DNA of 50,058 nt. Origin: Candidatus Uhrbacteria bacterium (GTDB taxonomy: Bacteria > Patescibacteriota > Patescibacteriia > UBA9934). Location of the stretch: assembly GCA_018664485.1 (NCBI GenBank), contig JABJOE010000009.1:142635-192692 (forward strand), given 5' to 3'. This document shows, piece after piece, positions 40,051-49,478 of this stretch; positions within the stretch are counted from its first letter, which is position 1, and each line of letters opens with the position of its first letter. A program made the translations under genes and the position numbers. The notes under the pieces are model-generated. The model worked only from the letters and a program-made list of their open reading frames with translations. It searched no databases and was not told the origin of the DNA.

Positions 40051-40133
40051 GTCGCTAAACGCGGGAATGACGACGAAGTGTCGTGGGGGCCCTGCAAAAA
40101 ACAAGATTGTCCAAATGTATTTGTACTAAGTAT

Positions 40134-40766
40134 ATGTCACAATTACCCCCTCTTACAAAACGGCAACGTGAAATCCTTAATTTCATCGAGGGGTTCATTA
40201 AAGGGCAAGGTTATACTCCATCCTATCGAGAGATAGCAAACGGACTAGGCCTATCTTCCCCGTCGACTGTATGTCAGCACATAAAAGCTTTATGTGAAAA
40301 AGGTGTCATTAACACCTGTGACGACGGAAGTGCGCGCTCGATTGAACTCGTTGACTGTAATGAAGAAGTTTCACCGATGAGCATCATGCTCCCTCTGTCC
40401 GGAATCATCACAGCCGGTGAACCGATTGAAGCAATAGAGGAAAATGAAGCTATAGCTCTTCCAGCTAACTTCGTAGTTGATGCCGAAAATTCCTATGTGC
40501 TAAAAGTGAAAGGTCGGTCCATGATTGAAGATGGAATCTTTGACGGAGATTACGTAGTAATAGAGCGCAATCCATCACCAAAAAATGGAGATGTAGTAGT
40601 TGCCCTTCTAGACAATCAATATGTGACACTAAAACGTTTCTATCGCGAAGCGAAGCACATCAGGCTTCAACCGGCGAACAGCACGATGGATCCAATAATA
40701 GTAAAAGGAAATGTAAATATTCAAGGAGTCGTCCGAGCTGTCATACGACAATTCGGAATGAGATAG
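40134..40766 (+). CDS. lexA: LexA repressor
   Basis: MSQLPPLTKRQREILNFIEGFIKGQGYTPSYREIANGLGL (wHTH) and the S24 domain VKGRSMIEDGIFDGDYVVIER...VTLKRF. Confidence 0.9.
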   Translation: MSQLPPLTKRQREILNFIEGFIKGQGYTPSYREIANGLGLSSPSTVCQHIKALCEKGVINTCDDGSARSIELVDCNEEVSPMSIMLPLSGIITAGEPIEAIEENEAIALPANFVVDAENSYVLKVKGRSMIEDGIFDGDYVVIERNPSPKNGDVVVALLDNQYVTLKRFYREAKHIRLQPANSTMDPIIVKGNVNIQGVVRAVIRQFGMR

Positions 40767-40898
40767 AACAATTTAACGATCCCCAGCGCTCTCACTAGAA
40801 GATAGACGGCATCAATAGATGTAATCCTCGTTTACCTTCTGGGGAGAAGAGCTGTAGGGATCCAGCTCTTCATTACCTCGGATGTAATATAAGAGAAG

Positions 40899-40934
40899 AA
40901 AACACCTGGTCTCCTCCTCCAGGTGTTTTCTTTG
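40899..40934 (+). terminator. lexA terminator
   Basis: ACACCTGGtctcctcctCCAGGTGTtttctttg. Confidence 0.75.
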
Positions 40935-40975
40935 TCAAAAAATAACCAGTCTATAAACATATAACCATCTCTCCT

Positions 40976-41128
40976 ATGTCTGCACTCTCCCTCCGACACT
41001 ACAAGTCCACATACGCGTACCGATCAAACAAGATAGATCGACATCTTAAAGACTTTCATAAAACAATTCGTACACGCCTTTCGCGACGACGTCTCAAAAA
41101 ACAACTACGCTCCCTTCGTACTGATTAA
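40976..41128 (+). CDS. possible small basic protein (50 aa, below the ORF-track cutoff)
   Basis: MSALSLRHYKSTYAYRSNKIDRHLKDFHKTIRTRLSRRRLKKQLRSLRTD*. No clear SD. Confidence 0.25.
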   Translation: MSALSLRHYKSTYAYRSNKIDRHLKDFHKTIRTRLSRRRLKKQLRSLRTD

Positions 41129-41147
41129 TTTACGACTATCTCAGCCT

Positions 41148-41393
41148 ATGCATACGTTCTTAAATGACCCCGTTGACGTAACTGTGGATTTCGCCAACAA
41201 ACGAATACAGCCACTTAGCATACGCTGGGACGGAAAAACGTACGCAATGAAAACCGTAAACCTCGTTCACGGCGCACGTGAAGGGTCAAAAAGAATCTTC
41301 TACTTCTCCGTATCAGACCAAACGAACTTCATGAAACTACGTCTTGATACAGAAACACTAGAATGGCGTCTGATAGAACTTTATACAGATTAA
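41148..41393 (+). CDS. hypothetical protein (81 aa)
   Basis: ORF track. Its 3' end overlaps convergent uppS by 4 nt. Confidence 0.5.
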   Translation: MHTFLNDPVDVTVDFANKRIQPLSIRWDGKTYAMKTVNLVHGAREGSKRIFYFSVSDQTNFMKLRLDTETLEWRLIELYTD

Positions 41394-42091
41394 GAACTCT
41401 TCTTACTATCTCCACCAAACCTACGCTCGCGACTCATATAAGAATCAATCGCCTTGTCCAGCTCCTCCTCATTAAAATCAGGCCAATGACAGTTGGCAAA
41501 ATAATATTCACTATATGCACCAGTCCACAAAAGGTACCCAGACAACCTTTGTTCTCCAGATGTTCTAATAATTAAATCTGGTTTTGACATCCTCTCCGAC
41601 CACAGATAAGAAGAAAACTTTTCTTCATCTAACGTATCTGGGTCAATCCCCTCTCGCAAACAACGTTTAACGCCCTCAATAATCTCTGGACGACCACCGT
41701 AATTAAACAAAATATTCATTACTCCAGACTTTGCATTTAGCGTCTTCTCTTCAGCTAACTCAATACCGGTTCGTAACTTATCAGATAAATCTTCACGGTG
41801 ACCAACTACTACAATACGAACGTCACGTTTTATAAACTCATCAAGTTCGTCAACTATGAGCGTTTCCATGAGACGCATTAAATAGCCGACCTCTTCTTTT
41901 GTACGCTTCCAGTTCTCTGTTGAAAAAGCCCATACACTAACCTCTTTAACGTCACGCCCCACACACCAATCAAAGACATCCCTAAGTCTTGCATAACCTC
42001 TCCTATGACCTTCAAGGGACGGCAGGTTGTGCTCACGCGCCCAACGACGGTTTCCATCCGGAATGATTGCAATGTGGTTAAGCTCAGACAT
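41390..42091 (-). CDS. uppS: isoprenyl transferase (undecaprenyl-diphosphate synthase)
   Basis: HIAIIPDGNRRWARE... and the RTSGEQRLSGYLLW motifs. Confidence 0.92.
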   Translation of the reverse strand: MSELNHIAIIPDGNRRWAREHNLPSLEGHRRGYARLRDVFDWCVGRDVKEVSVWAFSTENWKRTKEEVGYLMRLMETLIVDELDEFIKRDVRIVVVGHREDLSDKLRTGIELAEEKTLNAKSGVMNILFNYGGRPEIIEGVKRCLREGIDPDTLDEEKFSSYLWSERMSKPDLIIRTSGEQRLSGYLLWTGAYSEYYFANCHWPDFNEEELDKAIDSYMSRERRFGGDSKKSS

Positions 42092-42143
42092 AAAACGATT
42101 CTAATAATAAATGGGGCTGCGACGCGGTCCTAAAAACACTACC

Positions 42144-43364
42144 ATGAACAAAATCATCCTGCATCTAGATTTCAATTCCTACTTCGCTTCTGTAGAACAA
42201 CAAGCGAACCCTTTTCTCCGTGGTAAGGCTGTAGCAGTTGGCGGAAAAGGTAGAGGGTCACAACTAGAACGAACTGTTATTACAACGGCCTCACGACAAG
42301 CAAAAGACATAGGCATCAAGACTGCAATGTCTAGCATCGAAGCAAAGCGCCTTGTACCAAATCTTAAAATCGTATCCGGTGACCCCAAGAAGTACAGTGA
42401 AATTACAAAGCGATTCTTATCTATCTTAAAACGTCACTGCGATGTAGTTGAACAGTTCAGCACAGATGAAGCCTTTGGTGAATTGACCTATGCCGCAGGC
42501 GACTATTTTGGCGCAACGATGATTGCACAAATAATACGAGCAGAAATAGCTGAAGAGTGCGGAGAATACTGCACGGTATCAATTGGTATCGCCCCTAACA
42601 AGTTAGTTGCAAAACTAGCTTGTGAGTCACAAAAACCAAATGGTCTTACTGTAATTCCACCAGACAAAGTAAGCGCTTTCGTTGCGACACAACCCCTCTC
42701 TGCCATATGCGGAATCGGTCCACGTATAGAAAGCCGTCTTGCAAACATTGGCGTTACGTCAGTGCTAACTTTGCGAAAAATTTCATTGGAAAATCTTAGG
42801 CATGAATTTAAATCCTACGGCGACTGGCTGTATGCTGCAGCACGCGGCATTGGAGACGACGTAGTAGTTGACGGCAAGGAAGCCCCTAAAACAATCGGCC
42901 ATTCCTACACATTCCCTCACGACCTTGTAAACGATGTTGAAATTCAAACGAATCTTCTAGCTCTATGTGACAAAGTTACTTGGCGAATGCGGCGCGACGG
43001 ATTTATAGCTGGAAAAATAGGTATCTACGTACGCTACCAAGGTTTCTACGGTAGAGGCGCACAAAAGAATCTTTCAGAACCCTTCATGGACGGACTAGAG
43101 CTATTCTCTAATGCTTGGAAACTTCTAAGTACAATACGTAATAAAAATCTTCCAATCAGACTGCTCGGAGTTCGAGCTTCTGGCCTTATTAAAACAAACA
43201 TCCCAGCACACCTCTTCCCTAAACAAAACAAAGTACACAAAACGCTCAAAGCTCTCGACACATTGCAAACACGTTATGGTGCAGGTGTTTGGATGCGAGC
43301 ATCAACTATGAATACAAACTTCTACGAGCGAACAAGCGGCTGGCACTATGATCACGAAATCTAA
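42144..43364 (+). CDS. dinB: DNA polymerase IV (Y-family)
   Basis: Start MNKIILHLDFNSYFASVEQ at 42144. FSTDEAFGEL and later Y-family blocks. Confidence 0.9.
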   Translation: MNKIILHLDFNSYFASVEQQANPFLRGKAVAVGGKGRGSQLERTVITTASRQAKDIGIKTAMSSIEAKRLVPNLKIVSGDPKKYSEITKRFLSILKRHCDVVEQFSTDEAFGELTYAAGDYFGATMIAQIIRAEIAEECGEYCTVSIGIAPNKLVAKLACESQKPNGLTVIPPDKVSAFVATQPLSAICGIGPRIESRLANIGVTSVLTLRKISLENLRHEFKSYGDWLYAAARGIGDDVVVDGKEAPKTIGHSYTFPHDLVNDVEIQTNLLALCDKVTWRMRRDGFIAGKIGIYVRYQGFYGRGAQKNLSEPFMDGLELFSNAWKLLSTIRNKNLPIRLLGVRASGLIKTNIPAHLFPKQNKVHKTLKALDTLQTRYGAGVWMRASTMNTNFYERTSGWHYDHEI

Positions 43365-43366
43365 AA

Positions 43367-43753
43367 CTAACTATTATAATGAGGGTTATCTTTTAGAGAC
43401 TGCTCGCTTCTCTCAACCGCAGCCTTCATATCACCATTATAGTGAGGATTCATCTTCATCTCCTTTACAAGTTCTTTGTTTGTTTTAGGATCTCTATCGC
43501 TATTTACGATCAAGATAATTCCAACTGGGATACCTATGATAATTCCTATTGTAGCTAAAAAACCTATCAGACCGAGTGCAACATTTACTATATTACCAAT
43601 CAAAACAGCAAGCTCTGAACCACCGTTACCCCCACCTGCAACAGAAGAGAATACTAGATTCGATATTGCGTAGAGTGCCAGCGTCAATACGAGTACTGGA
43701 ATAGGTGATGCTGCGAGTCCAATACCAAGCCATTTTTTTGTTTTTGCTTTCAT
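43367..43753 (-). CDS. hypothetical membrane protein (128 aa)
   Basis: ORF track. Three hydrophobic spans. Confidence 0.6.
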   Translation of the reverse strand: MKAKTKKWLGIGLAASPIPVLVLTLALYAISNLVFSSVAGGGNGGSELAVLIGNIVNVALGLIGFLATIGIIIGIPVGIILIVNSDRDPKTNKELVKEMKMNPHYNGDMKAAVERSEQSLKDNPHYNS

Positions 43754-43759
43754 ACTATT

Positions 43760-45031
43760 TTATCGTTTTAGCTCCTCTTCAATCGCAAGCAACCTATTGT
43801 ACTTTGACAGACGCTCTGACCGAGACAATGAACCAGTTTTAATGTACTCCGCGTTCACAGCAACAGCAATGTCTGCGATGGTTGTGTCAGCCGTCTCTCC
43901 TGATCTGTGAGATACAGAAATCTTGTACTTATTTCTCTGTGCAAGAGCAATAGCCGACATAGCCTCAGAAATTGTTCCAATTTGGTTAACTTTGATGAGG
44001 ATTGCGTTAGCAGCCTTCATGTTAATACATTTCTGCAATCGCTCAACATTAGTCACAAGGAAGTCATCTCCAACTAGCGCAACCTTTTTACCTAGTCTTT
44101 TCTCAAGCTCGACCCATCCATCCCAATCATCCTGATCCAGACCATCCTCTAGGGAAACGATAGGATATTTCTTAACCCACTTTTCCCACATTGCAATCAT
44201 TTGTTTTGTGGTGAGCTTTTTGTTCTCTCGCTTCAGCCAGTACTTTTTAGTTTTTGGGTCATAGATTTCTGACACAGCCGGGTCCATCGCAAGCATGACA
44301 TCCTTTCCTGGTTTATAACCAGCTTTCTTAATGGCCTTCACTATCATCTTAAAAGCATCCTCGTTCTTTGCGAACCCAGCAGCATAACCACCCTCGTCCC
44401 CCTTCAAAGTAGAGTGCCCGGCAGCCTTTAGCAATCCTCCTAAAGCGTGGAATACCTCAGAACCGCAGCGAATCTTTTCTTTGAACTTCTTTTGCTGAGG
44501 AACGATCATGAACTCTTGAAAATCAAGGATCCAATCTGCATGAGCTCCACCGTTAAGTACGTTCATCGTTGGTGTTGGAAGACGATACTTTTTAAACGGA
44601 AACTCATACATTTCTCGTAAGTGCTGATACAGAGGAACCTTGCGATGATGTGCTCCGGCATGCGCGCAGGCCATTGATACACCTAAAATAGCGTTAGCAC
44701 CGAGCTTATGTTTATTGACTGTACCATCAAGTAATCGCATAGCGTCATCAACCTTCTGCAGGTGCAAAACATCCATCCCATTGAGCTCTCTTGAGATTTT
44801 TGTGTTTACGTTTTTGATAGCTTTAAGAACACCTTTTCCGCCGTAACGTTTCTTATCCCCGTCACGCAACTCAAGAGCCTCATGAATCCCCGTTGACGCT
44901 CCTGACGGAACAGATGCAGATCCACGCGTTCCATCCCGCAACATTACTGTTACATTGAGCGTTGGATTTCCACGTGAATCTAAAATCTCATGTGCGTGGA
45001 TGACGTCAATTGCTGATTTCATAGAATCCAA
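43760..45031 (-). CDS. eno: enolase
   Basis: AHEILDSRGNPTLNV...SHRSGETADTTIADIAVA. Confidence 0.95.
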   Translation of the reverse strand: MDSMKSAIDVIHAHEILDSRGNPTLNVTVMLRDGTRGSASVPSGASTGIHEALELRDGDKKRYGGKGVLKAIKNVNTKISRELNGMDVLHLQKVDDAMRLLDGTVNKHKLGANAILGVSMACAHAGAHHRKVPLYQHLREMYEFPFKKYRLPTPTMNVLNGGAHADWILDFQEFMIVPQQKKFKEKIRCGSEVFHALGGLLKAAGHSTLKGDEGGYAAGFAKNEDAFKMIVKAIKKAGYKPGKDVMLAMDPAVSEIYDPKTKKYWLKRENKKLTTKQMIAMWEKWVKKYPIVSLEDGLDQDDWDGWVELEKRLGKKVALVGDDFLVTNVERLQKCINMKAANAILIKVNQIGTISEAMSAIALAQRNKYKISVSHRSGETADTTIADIAVAVNAEYIKTGSLSRSERLSKYNRLLAIEEELKR

Positions 45032-45040
45032 TTTAACAAG

Positions 45041-46213
45041 CTACTTTTTTAAAACTTCTAGCCCTGGCATAGAGTCACCTGCCAAAAAAACAAGCATAGC
45101 GCCTCCTCCAGTCGACAAATGAGTAAACCCAGTCGCCAATTTTTTCTTTCGTAAAAAACTTACCGTATCACCCCCACCCAGAATCGTAACGGCCTTCTCC
45201 TGCTCGCTTATAGACCTTGCAATCGCAATAGTTCCAGCCTGCGCAACAGATTCCTCAACGATCCCCATCGTCCCATTCCAAATAACCGTATTTGCTCCAT
45301 CGATATGTTGTGCATACTGGTCCCTCGTTTTTGGTCCTATATCAATTATTGCATCGCCTGGATCTACCTCGTCGGCCCAAAGTACTCGGGTGTCCTCCTC
45401 ATTCCTTACTATCACATCAATTGGTAAAACCATTTTTCCACTAAAAAGTTTCAAAGCATGACGAGCCAATTTCAATTCAGCAGGATCAATTTCTTTACCG
45501 TTAATTTTCAGTGCGCGGCGTTCACGAGCAGCCTCAAGCGTTAGCGCCAAACCTCCACCGGTCAAAATAACATCCGCAGTTGGCGCAAGTCGTTCAAGTA
45601 CCGGCATCTTTGTTGCAAGCTTCATTCCACCCATCACCAATACAAACTTCTTTTTTTGTTTTACAGACAAAGCCTTCACCTCCTCAACAACAAGTCTACC
45701 GGCATAGCTTGGAAGCAACTTTGTGATTGCATGCATTGAAGCGTGCTTACGATGTGAGTTCGCAAATGCATCGTTTATATAAATATCGGCCAAGGAAGCA
45801 AGTTCGCTCGCGAAAGTTTTGTCGTTTTCCCTTTCTCTTGGATCAAATCGAAGATTCTCAAGTATTATGACGTCACCAGACCTCGCATCATCAACAAAAT
45901 CGTTAACTTCAGGACCTGCCACTCCCGGAGCAAGCAGCATCTTCACCTTCCCTATCCGATTAAACCATCGAACTGCAGGTGCCGCAGACAACTCATCAAC
46001 CCGCTTGCCACCAGGCCGACCAAAATGAGCGCACACAATAACAATAGCTCCGCGTTTCGACAAAGCACGGATGTCATCTACAACCTTCTCCAATCTCCAC
46101 GCGCCACCGGCAGGGATACGTCCCTTATGCAACGGAATATTCGCATCAATACGAACAAGGATCCGTTCGCCACGTTTCACCTTCGACAACGGTAAAGTAC
46201 GAAACTTCATCAT
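45041..46213 (-). CDS. pgk: phosphoglycerate kinase
   Basis: ILVRIDANIPL...ILENLRFDPRE...STGGGAMLVFLAG. Confidence 0.93.
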   Translation of the reverse strand: MMKFRTLPLSKVKRGERILVRIDANIPLHKGRIPAGGAWRLEKVVDDIRALSKRGAIVIVCAHFGRPGGKRVDELSAAPAVRWFNRIGKVKMLLAPGVAGPEVNDFVDDARSGDVIILENLRFDPRERENDKTFASELASLADIYINDAFANSHRKHASMHAITKLLPSYAGRLVVEEVKALSVKQKKKFVLVMGGMKLATKMPVLERLAPTADVILTGGGLALTLEAARERRALKINGKEIDPAELKLARHALKLFSGKMVLPIDVIVRNEEDTRVLWADEVDPGDAIIDIGPKTRDQYAQHIDGANTVIWNGTMGIVEESVAQAGTIAIARSISEQEKAVTILGGGDTVSFLRKKKLATGFTHLSTGGGAMLVFLAGDSMPGLEVLKK

Positions 46214-46216
46214 AAC

Positions 46217-46711
46217 CTAACCGAATAGTGCCTTTGACCACCAACTCTGTTTTCTAATTCTCTGTGATGCCATTCCGTCTAATCCGAATACGTGCCCAAC
46301 ACCTCCAGACAAAAATAGAACAAAAATTAACAAGTAAATAATATGGTCATCAATCAGTCCATGTTCTGTATTTTGCTCGAACTGAGAGAAGTAGTACAGG
46401 AACATCATGATTGCTGCAAAGAAAGATGCAGGTCTAACAAGCAGCCCCAGTAGTAGAGCTGACCCGATTAAAATCAATCCCCAAACATTCAAAAAGTCTA
46501 CTAATGGATTCCCGGCTAGTGATACAAACCAATCAGCCAGAGGTCCAGTTGACCCCTGCAGATATCCAGCAGCACTCCAATCACCTAACTTCGATACACC
46601 GGCGACGAGAAAAACTACACCCAGTGCTACTCGCAACACAGTAAGCCCGATCGAAAACCACATCTGATTTACCTGCTTGCAAAATCGATCGTAGACAGTA
46701 TGTTTACGCAT
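46217..46711 (-). CDS. DoxX-family membrane protein
   Basis: LRVALGVVFLVAGVSKL pattern with four TM spans. It is wedged between gap and pgk with 1-3 nt gaps. Confidence 0.65.
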   Translation of the reverse strand: MRKHTVYDRFCKQVNQMWFSIGLTVLRVALGVVFLVAGVSKLGDWSAAGYLQGSTGPLADWFVSLAGNPLVDFLNVWGLILIGSALLLGLLVRPASFFAAIMMFLYYFSQFEQNTEHGLIDDHIIYLLIFVLFLSGGVGHVFGLDGMASQRIRKQSWWSKALFG

Positions 46712-46712
46712 A

Positions 46713-47723
46713 TTAAAAAGCTTTAGCTGTGAATAATGCGAGCTCTGCTAAACGGTTTGCATATCCCCATTCGTTGTCATACCAAGCTACGATCTTTACC
46801 AAATCTCCATCAACAATTCGTGTGAGCCCGAAGTCGACAATAGCTGAATGTGGATTTCCAACAAAGTCAGAAGAAACCAACGGCTCATCAGTCCAGTCCA
46901 CAATACCCTTATAGCGAGGAGTCTTTACAGCTTTCTTCACAGCCTCATGAATCTTCTCAACTGTTGTTTTCTTTTTAAGCAGGAACGTAATATCCGAAAG
47001 TGACATTGTAGGAACCGGTACACGAATAGACAGTCCATCAAATTTATCTTTGAGCTGCGGCAGTGTTTCTGCCGTTGCAATAGCAGCACCAGTCGACGTT
47101 GGAATGATATTCACGGCAGCGGCACGAGCACGTCGCAGATCCTTATGAGGACCGTCAATCAAATTCTGAGTTGAGGTATACCCATGCACTGTTGTCATCA
47201 ACGCCTTCTTCACGCCAAAGGCACTATCCATGATAGCGGTAACCGGAGCCACACAGTTGGTGGTACACGATGCGTTATTTACAACGCCAGCTTTTCCTTT
47301 TAGCTTTTTAAACCCAGCGTTTGCACCAAGTACATACGTTGGCACATGTCCGCCCTTTCCGGGAGCCGAAATAATTACACGCCGGGCACCAGCTTTCAGA
47401 TGCGCACCAGCAGATTCTTCTGTTCTAAAAAATCCGGTTGATTCAATAACAATGTCAACACCCATTTTCTTCCATGGCAATAATGCCGGATCACGTTGGC
47501 TCAAGATAGGAATCTTCTTACCGCCAACTATAAGTGCAGTCTTCGTTGCACGTACAGACACATCCCATGTGCCGTAGTTAGTGTCGTACTTAAGCAAATG
47601 CGCGAGGGTCTTTGCATCCGTTAGGTCATTGATAGCGACGACATTAAATCCCTTCTTTCCCCAAGCCGCCTTAAACGTTGAACGACCTATACGACCGAAA
47701 CCATTGATTGCAATCTTTGCCAT
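46713..47723 (-). CDS. gap: type I glyceraldehyde-3-phosphate dehydrogenase
   Basis: Start MAKIAINGFGRIGR at 47721-47723. Active site SCTTNC. Confidence 0.95.
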   Translation of the reverse strand: MAKIAINGFGRIGRSTFKAAWGKKGFNVVAINDLTDAKTLAHLLKYDTNYGTWDVSVRATKTALIVGGKKIPILSQRDPALLPWKKMGVDIVIESTGFFRTEESAGAHLKAGARRVIISAPGKGGHVPTYVLGANAGFKKLKGKAGVVNNASCTTNCVAPVTAIMDSAFGVKKALMTTVHGYTSTQNLIDGPHKDLRRARAAAVNIIPTSTGAAIATAETLPQLKDKFDGLSIRVPVPTMSLSDITFLLKKKTTVEKIHEAVKKAVKTPRYKGIVDWTDEPLVSSDFVGNPHSAIVDFGLTRIVDGDLVKIVAWYDNEWGYANRLAELALFTAKAF

Positions 47724-47810
47724 AAAATTCAGCACCCTGCCGTAATAGACTGGGTAAAATAGAACAAATTATGACAAAATTATAACATATAGTTTTGAAA
47801 TAGCGTCCAA

Positions 47811-47836
47811 ACAAAAAAACAGCCCCGAAGGGCTGC
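47811..47836 (-). terminator. tsf terminator
   Basis: Minus strand reads CAGCCCttcgGGGCTGtttttttgttt. Confidence 0.8.
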
Positions 47837-47841
47837 TTTCT

Positions 47842-48426
47842 TTATCCAATTTGCAGTCTGGAAAATCCACTAATTCTCATGTTTTCTCCGAGTGAAGCAA
47901 TTTTACTTTCAACTAGTTGCTGGATAGTCATATCTTCATCTTTGATGAACTTCTGTTCCAACAAACACATCTCTTCGTAATACTTCTCCAACTTCCCTGC
48001 CACGATCTTTTCAAGAATATCTGCCGGCTTACCAACATTCTGTTCTTTTACGATCTCAGTTTCTTTTGCAAGAACATTTTCTGGAACATCCTCGCGTGAA
48101 AGGTAGATCGGTGTCATTGCAACGATATGCATTGCAACGTCATTTGCAAACTCGATGAACGCTTCGTTGCGAGCAACAAAGTCAGTTTCGCACAAGATCT
48201 GAACCATAGATCCGATCTTTCCATTTCCATGACTGTAACAGTGAACGCGACCTTCTCCTGTTTCGCGATCAGCCTTCTTTGCGGCACGGGACGATCCTGC
48301 TTTTCGCAAGATGTCAGCTGCTTTCTCGAAATCTCCTTCTGCTTCCGTCAATGCCTTCTTTGCGTGCATCATTCCCACGCCAGTCATTTTTCGAAGCTTG
48401 TTTACGTCTGCGGCTGTAATAGGCAT
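47842..48426 (-). CDS. tsf: elongation factor Ts (short, 194 aa)
   Basis: ITAADVNKLRKMTGVGMMHAKKALTEAEGDFEKAADILRK. It lies downstream of rpsB. Confidence 0.92.
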   Translation of the reverse strand: MPITAADVNKLRKMTGVGMMHAKKALTEAEGDFEKAADILRKAGSSRAAKKADRETGEGRVHCYSHGNGKIGSMVQILCETDFVARNEAFIEFANDVAMHIVAMTPIYLSREDVPENVLAKETEIVKEQNVGKPADILEKIVAGKLEKYYEEMCLLEQKFIKDEDMTIQQLVESKIASLGENMRISGFSRLQIG

Positions 48427-48471
48427 AAATTGAACTAATTGATTTGAGCCAGTTCATCTCGCTCGATTTAT

Positions 48472-49200
48472 TTATTTTGTTTTCGCTGGAGTTTTTGCTG
48501 CGGCTTTAGTTTGCTTTGATCGTGCTACACCAACTTTCACTGCTTCCATAACAAGTTTACCCATGAGAGTAAGTGAGCTCATTGCGTCGTCGTTTCCTGG
48601 GATAACAACGTCCGCCAATGCAGGGCTAACGTTTGTATCACATAATCCGAAAACTTTAAGGCCTGTCTTGCTAGCTTCTGTAACGGCCGTCTTATCGTAT
48701 CGCATATCAAATACGAATACAGCTTCCGGCAATCGTGTAAGAGTTGTAAGTCCACCAATCTTTTCGTCGAGCTCATCAATCTTACGATCAAACTGCAGCT
48801 GCTCAAGTTTTGTGTACTTTTTAAGCTCTCCCTTCTTACGCTTGTCGATAAGGTCGAGGTACTGCTTTACGAGCTTGTGAATTTCTTCGAAGTTCGTAAA
48901 CGTTCCTCCAAGCCAACGTCCGCAAACGTATGGCATTCCACACTCAGTAGCGTACTTCTCAACCATGTCTTGTACCTGTGGCTTGGTACCAATAAGCATG
49001 ATCTTTCCGCCCTTGGCTACGATCTCTTCGATCTCTGCCATAGCCTTCTCGAGCTGAGCACGAGTTTGTTCGATATCGATAACGTGCACGCCATTGCGAA
49101 CGCCAAAGATGTACTGACGCATTGCAGGATGCCAACGCGATGTGCGATGGCCAAAGTGGACACCGGCCTTCAAGAGGTCGGTCAATGTAGGAAGTGGCAT
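48472..49200 (-). CDS. rpsB: 30S ribosomal protein S2
   Basis: Start MPLPTLTDLLKAGVHFGHRTSRWHP at 49198-49200. Confidence 0.93.
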   Translation of the reverse strand: MPLPTLTDLLKAGVHFGHRTSRWHPAMRQYIFGVRNGVHVIDIEQTRAQLEKAMAEIEEIVAKGGKIMLIGTKPQVQDMVEKYATECGMPYVCGRWLGGTFTNFEEIHKLVKQYLDLIDKRKKGELKKYTKLEQLQFDRKIDELDEKIGGLTTLTRLPEAVFVFDMRYDKTAVTEASKTGLKVFGLCDTNVSPALADVVIPGNDDAMSSLTLMGKLVMEAVKVGVARSKQTKAAAKTPAKTK

Positions 49201-49318
49201 AATACTTTTCCTTTTAACTTCGGTTTGAACACATGGGCCCAAATTTCAATGAAATATGGGAGGAGTCACGTGCATCGCGCCAAACCTGATTGATAAAATA
49301 AGTCTTTGCGATGGCGAG

Positions 49319-49347
49319 AATATAGCGAAACTTGCTGATTTTGTCAA
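49319..49347 (-). promoter_or_regulatory. rpsB-tsf promoter
   Basis: Minus strand reads TTGACA (49342-49347), a 17-nt spacer, then TATATT (49319-49324). Leader of about 110 nt. Confidence 0.7.
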
Positions 49348-49380
49348 TAAAGTAATGATATAAAATTAACTAGATGCAAA

Positions 49381-49433
49381 GACACCCTGATCGACCGCGC
49401 CCCTCATTGAGGGGGTTGGCCGATACAGGGGTC
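49381..49433 (-). terminator. long imperfect hairpin after the high-GC gene
   Basis: GACACCCTGATCGACCGCGCCCCTCattgaGGGGGTTGGCCGATACAGGGGTC. Confidence 0.55.
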
Positions 49434-49478
49434 AAGAACGGATCTCAGTCGCTGTAGAGATCAAGTGGTCAGCACGCC

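Noticed and set aside
40042-40236. 64-aa ORF overlapping the lexA start in another frame, and the track's extended lexA start at 40083
   Set aside because: The LexA homology begins at MSQLPPLTKRQ (ATG 40134). The overlapping frame has no supporting features.
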